Origin: Macrostomum lignano
Taxonomy: Eukaryota
DNA: 64,000 bases
NCBI GenBank assembly: GCA_002269645.1
Contig: NIVC01001866.1
Span: 1-64,000 of the forward strand
Direction of reading: 5' to 3'
This document shows positions 62,984 to 64,000 of this stretch, piece by piece. Numbering within the stretch: the stretch's first letter is position 1; each line of letters opens with the position of its first letter. A program made the translations under genes and the position numbers. The notes beneath the pieces are model-generated. The model ran no database searches. It worked only from the letters and a program-made list of their open reading frames with translations, and was not told the origin of the DNA.

Positions 62984-63797
62984 CGATGGTAGCCGGTATT
63001 AGGCCGATGGTAGCCGGCAGGAGCAGGCCGATGGTAGCCGGCGTGAGCAGGCCGATGGTAGCCGGCAGGAGCAGGCCGATGGTAGCCGGCAGGAGCAGGC
63101 CGATGGTGGCCGGCAGGAGGCCGATGGTAGCCGGCAGGAGGCCGATGGTAGCCGGCAGGAGGCCGATGGTAGCCAGCAGGAGGCCGATGGTAGCCGGCAG
63201 GAGCAGGCCGATGGTAGCCGGCAGGAGCAGGCCGATGGTAGCCGGCAGGAGGCCGATGGTGGCCGGCAGGAGGCCGATGGTAGCCGGCAGGAGGCCGATG
63301 GTAGCCGGCAGGAGGCCGATGGTAGCCGGCAGGAGGCCGATGGTAGCCGCAGGAGCAGGCCGATGGTAGCCGGCGTGAGCAGGCCGATGGTAGCCGGCAG
63401 GAGCAGGCCGATGGTAGCCGGCAGGAGCAGGCCGATGGTGGCCGGCAGGAGGCCGATGGTAGCCGGCAGGAGGCCGATGGTAGCCGGCAGGAGGCCGATG
63501 GTAGCCAGCAGGAGGCCGATGGTAGCCGGCAGGAGCAGGCCGATGGTAGCCGGCAGGAGCAGGCCGATGGTAGCCGGCAGGAGGCCGATGGTGGCCGGCA
63601 GGAGGCCGATGGTAGCCGGCAGGAGGCCGATGGTAGCCGGCAGGAGGCCGATGGTAGCCGGCAGGAGGCCGATGGTAGCCAGCAGGAGGCCGATGGTAGC
63701 CAGCAGGAGGCCGATGGTAGCCAGCAGGAGGCCGATGGTAGCCAGCAGGAGGCCGATGGTAGCCGGCAGGAGGCCGATGGTGGCTGGCAGGAGACCG
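62984..63797. repeat. 21/24-bp minisatellite (CCGATGGTAGCCGGCAGGAGG)n
   Basis: Direct read. Confidence 0.96.
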
Positions 63798-64000
63798 ATC
63801 CCCCCCCCCTAATAACTACAACTGCAGAACCCCCCCCCAAAGACGAAAGAAAAGAACCTAAGGTGGAAAGGCACAAGAAAGCTAGGAAAGTTTCACACCA
63901 GGCTTAGAGCGTTGCAGCAACGATAGCCCGCAACACAGCCAAGGCAAATGATATGTGTGAAAACCAAAGCAGACCACCAGCACTGAAAACTGAAAACTCA

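Overview
Eukaryotic (metazoan) genomic DNA with GC-rich exons, GT-AG introns, TTAGGG repeats and very dense micro/minisatellites. The style suggests a free-living flatworm such as Macrostomum, but this is inference only. Five protein-coding genes can be rebuilt from splice signals, reading phase and motifs. (1) The 3' part of an NHA/SLC9B Na+/H+ antiporter (+, 1-6976). (2) A two-exon Gln/Pro-rich orphan (-, 10740-12183). (3) An intronless secreted C-type lectin with a PAN-like C-terminal domain (-, 15534-16274). (4) A five-exon, ~847-aa type I membrane receptor (-, 20581-31615): signal peptide, LRR ectodomain, TM helix, a linker with endocytic motifs, and a C-terminal domain that aligns by eye to the MALT1/paracaspase fold but lacks the catalytic His/Cys. 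This is the top finding. (5) A dve/SATB-Compass homeobox gene (ULD-CUTL-HD-HD; -, 35924-40155). Mobile DNA is dominated by non-autonomous Helitron-like elements (TC...hairpin-CTAG): one copy in intron 1 of the receptor gene (25192-29290, -) and a 14.1-kb head-to-tail array of four non-identical units (41457-55601, +). These carry their own minisatellites, tRNA-Ser-like modules and telomeric repeats. There is also a tRNA/CORE SINE, a 1-kb foldback element, a 156-bp hairpin and about 20 tandem-repeat arrays. Several single-base frameshifts in otherwise conserved exons look like long-read consensus errors. No database searches were possible; all homology calls come from motif recognition.
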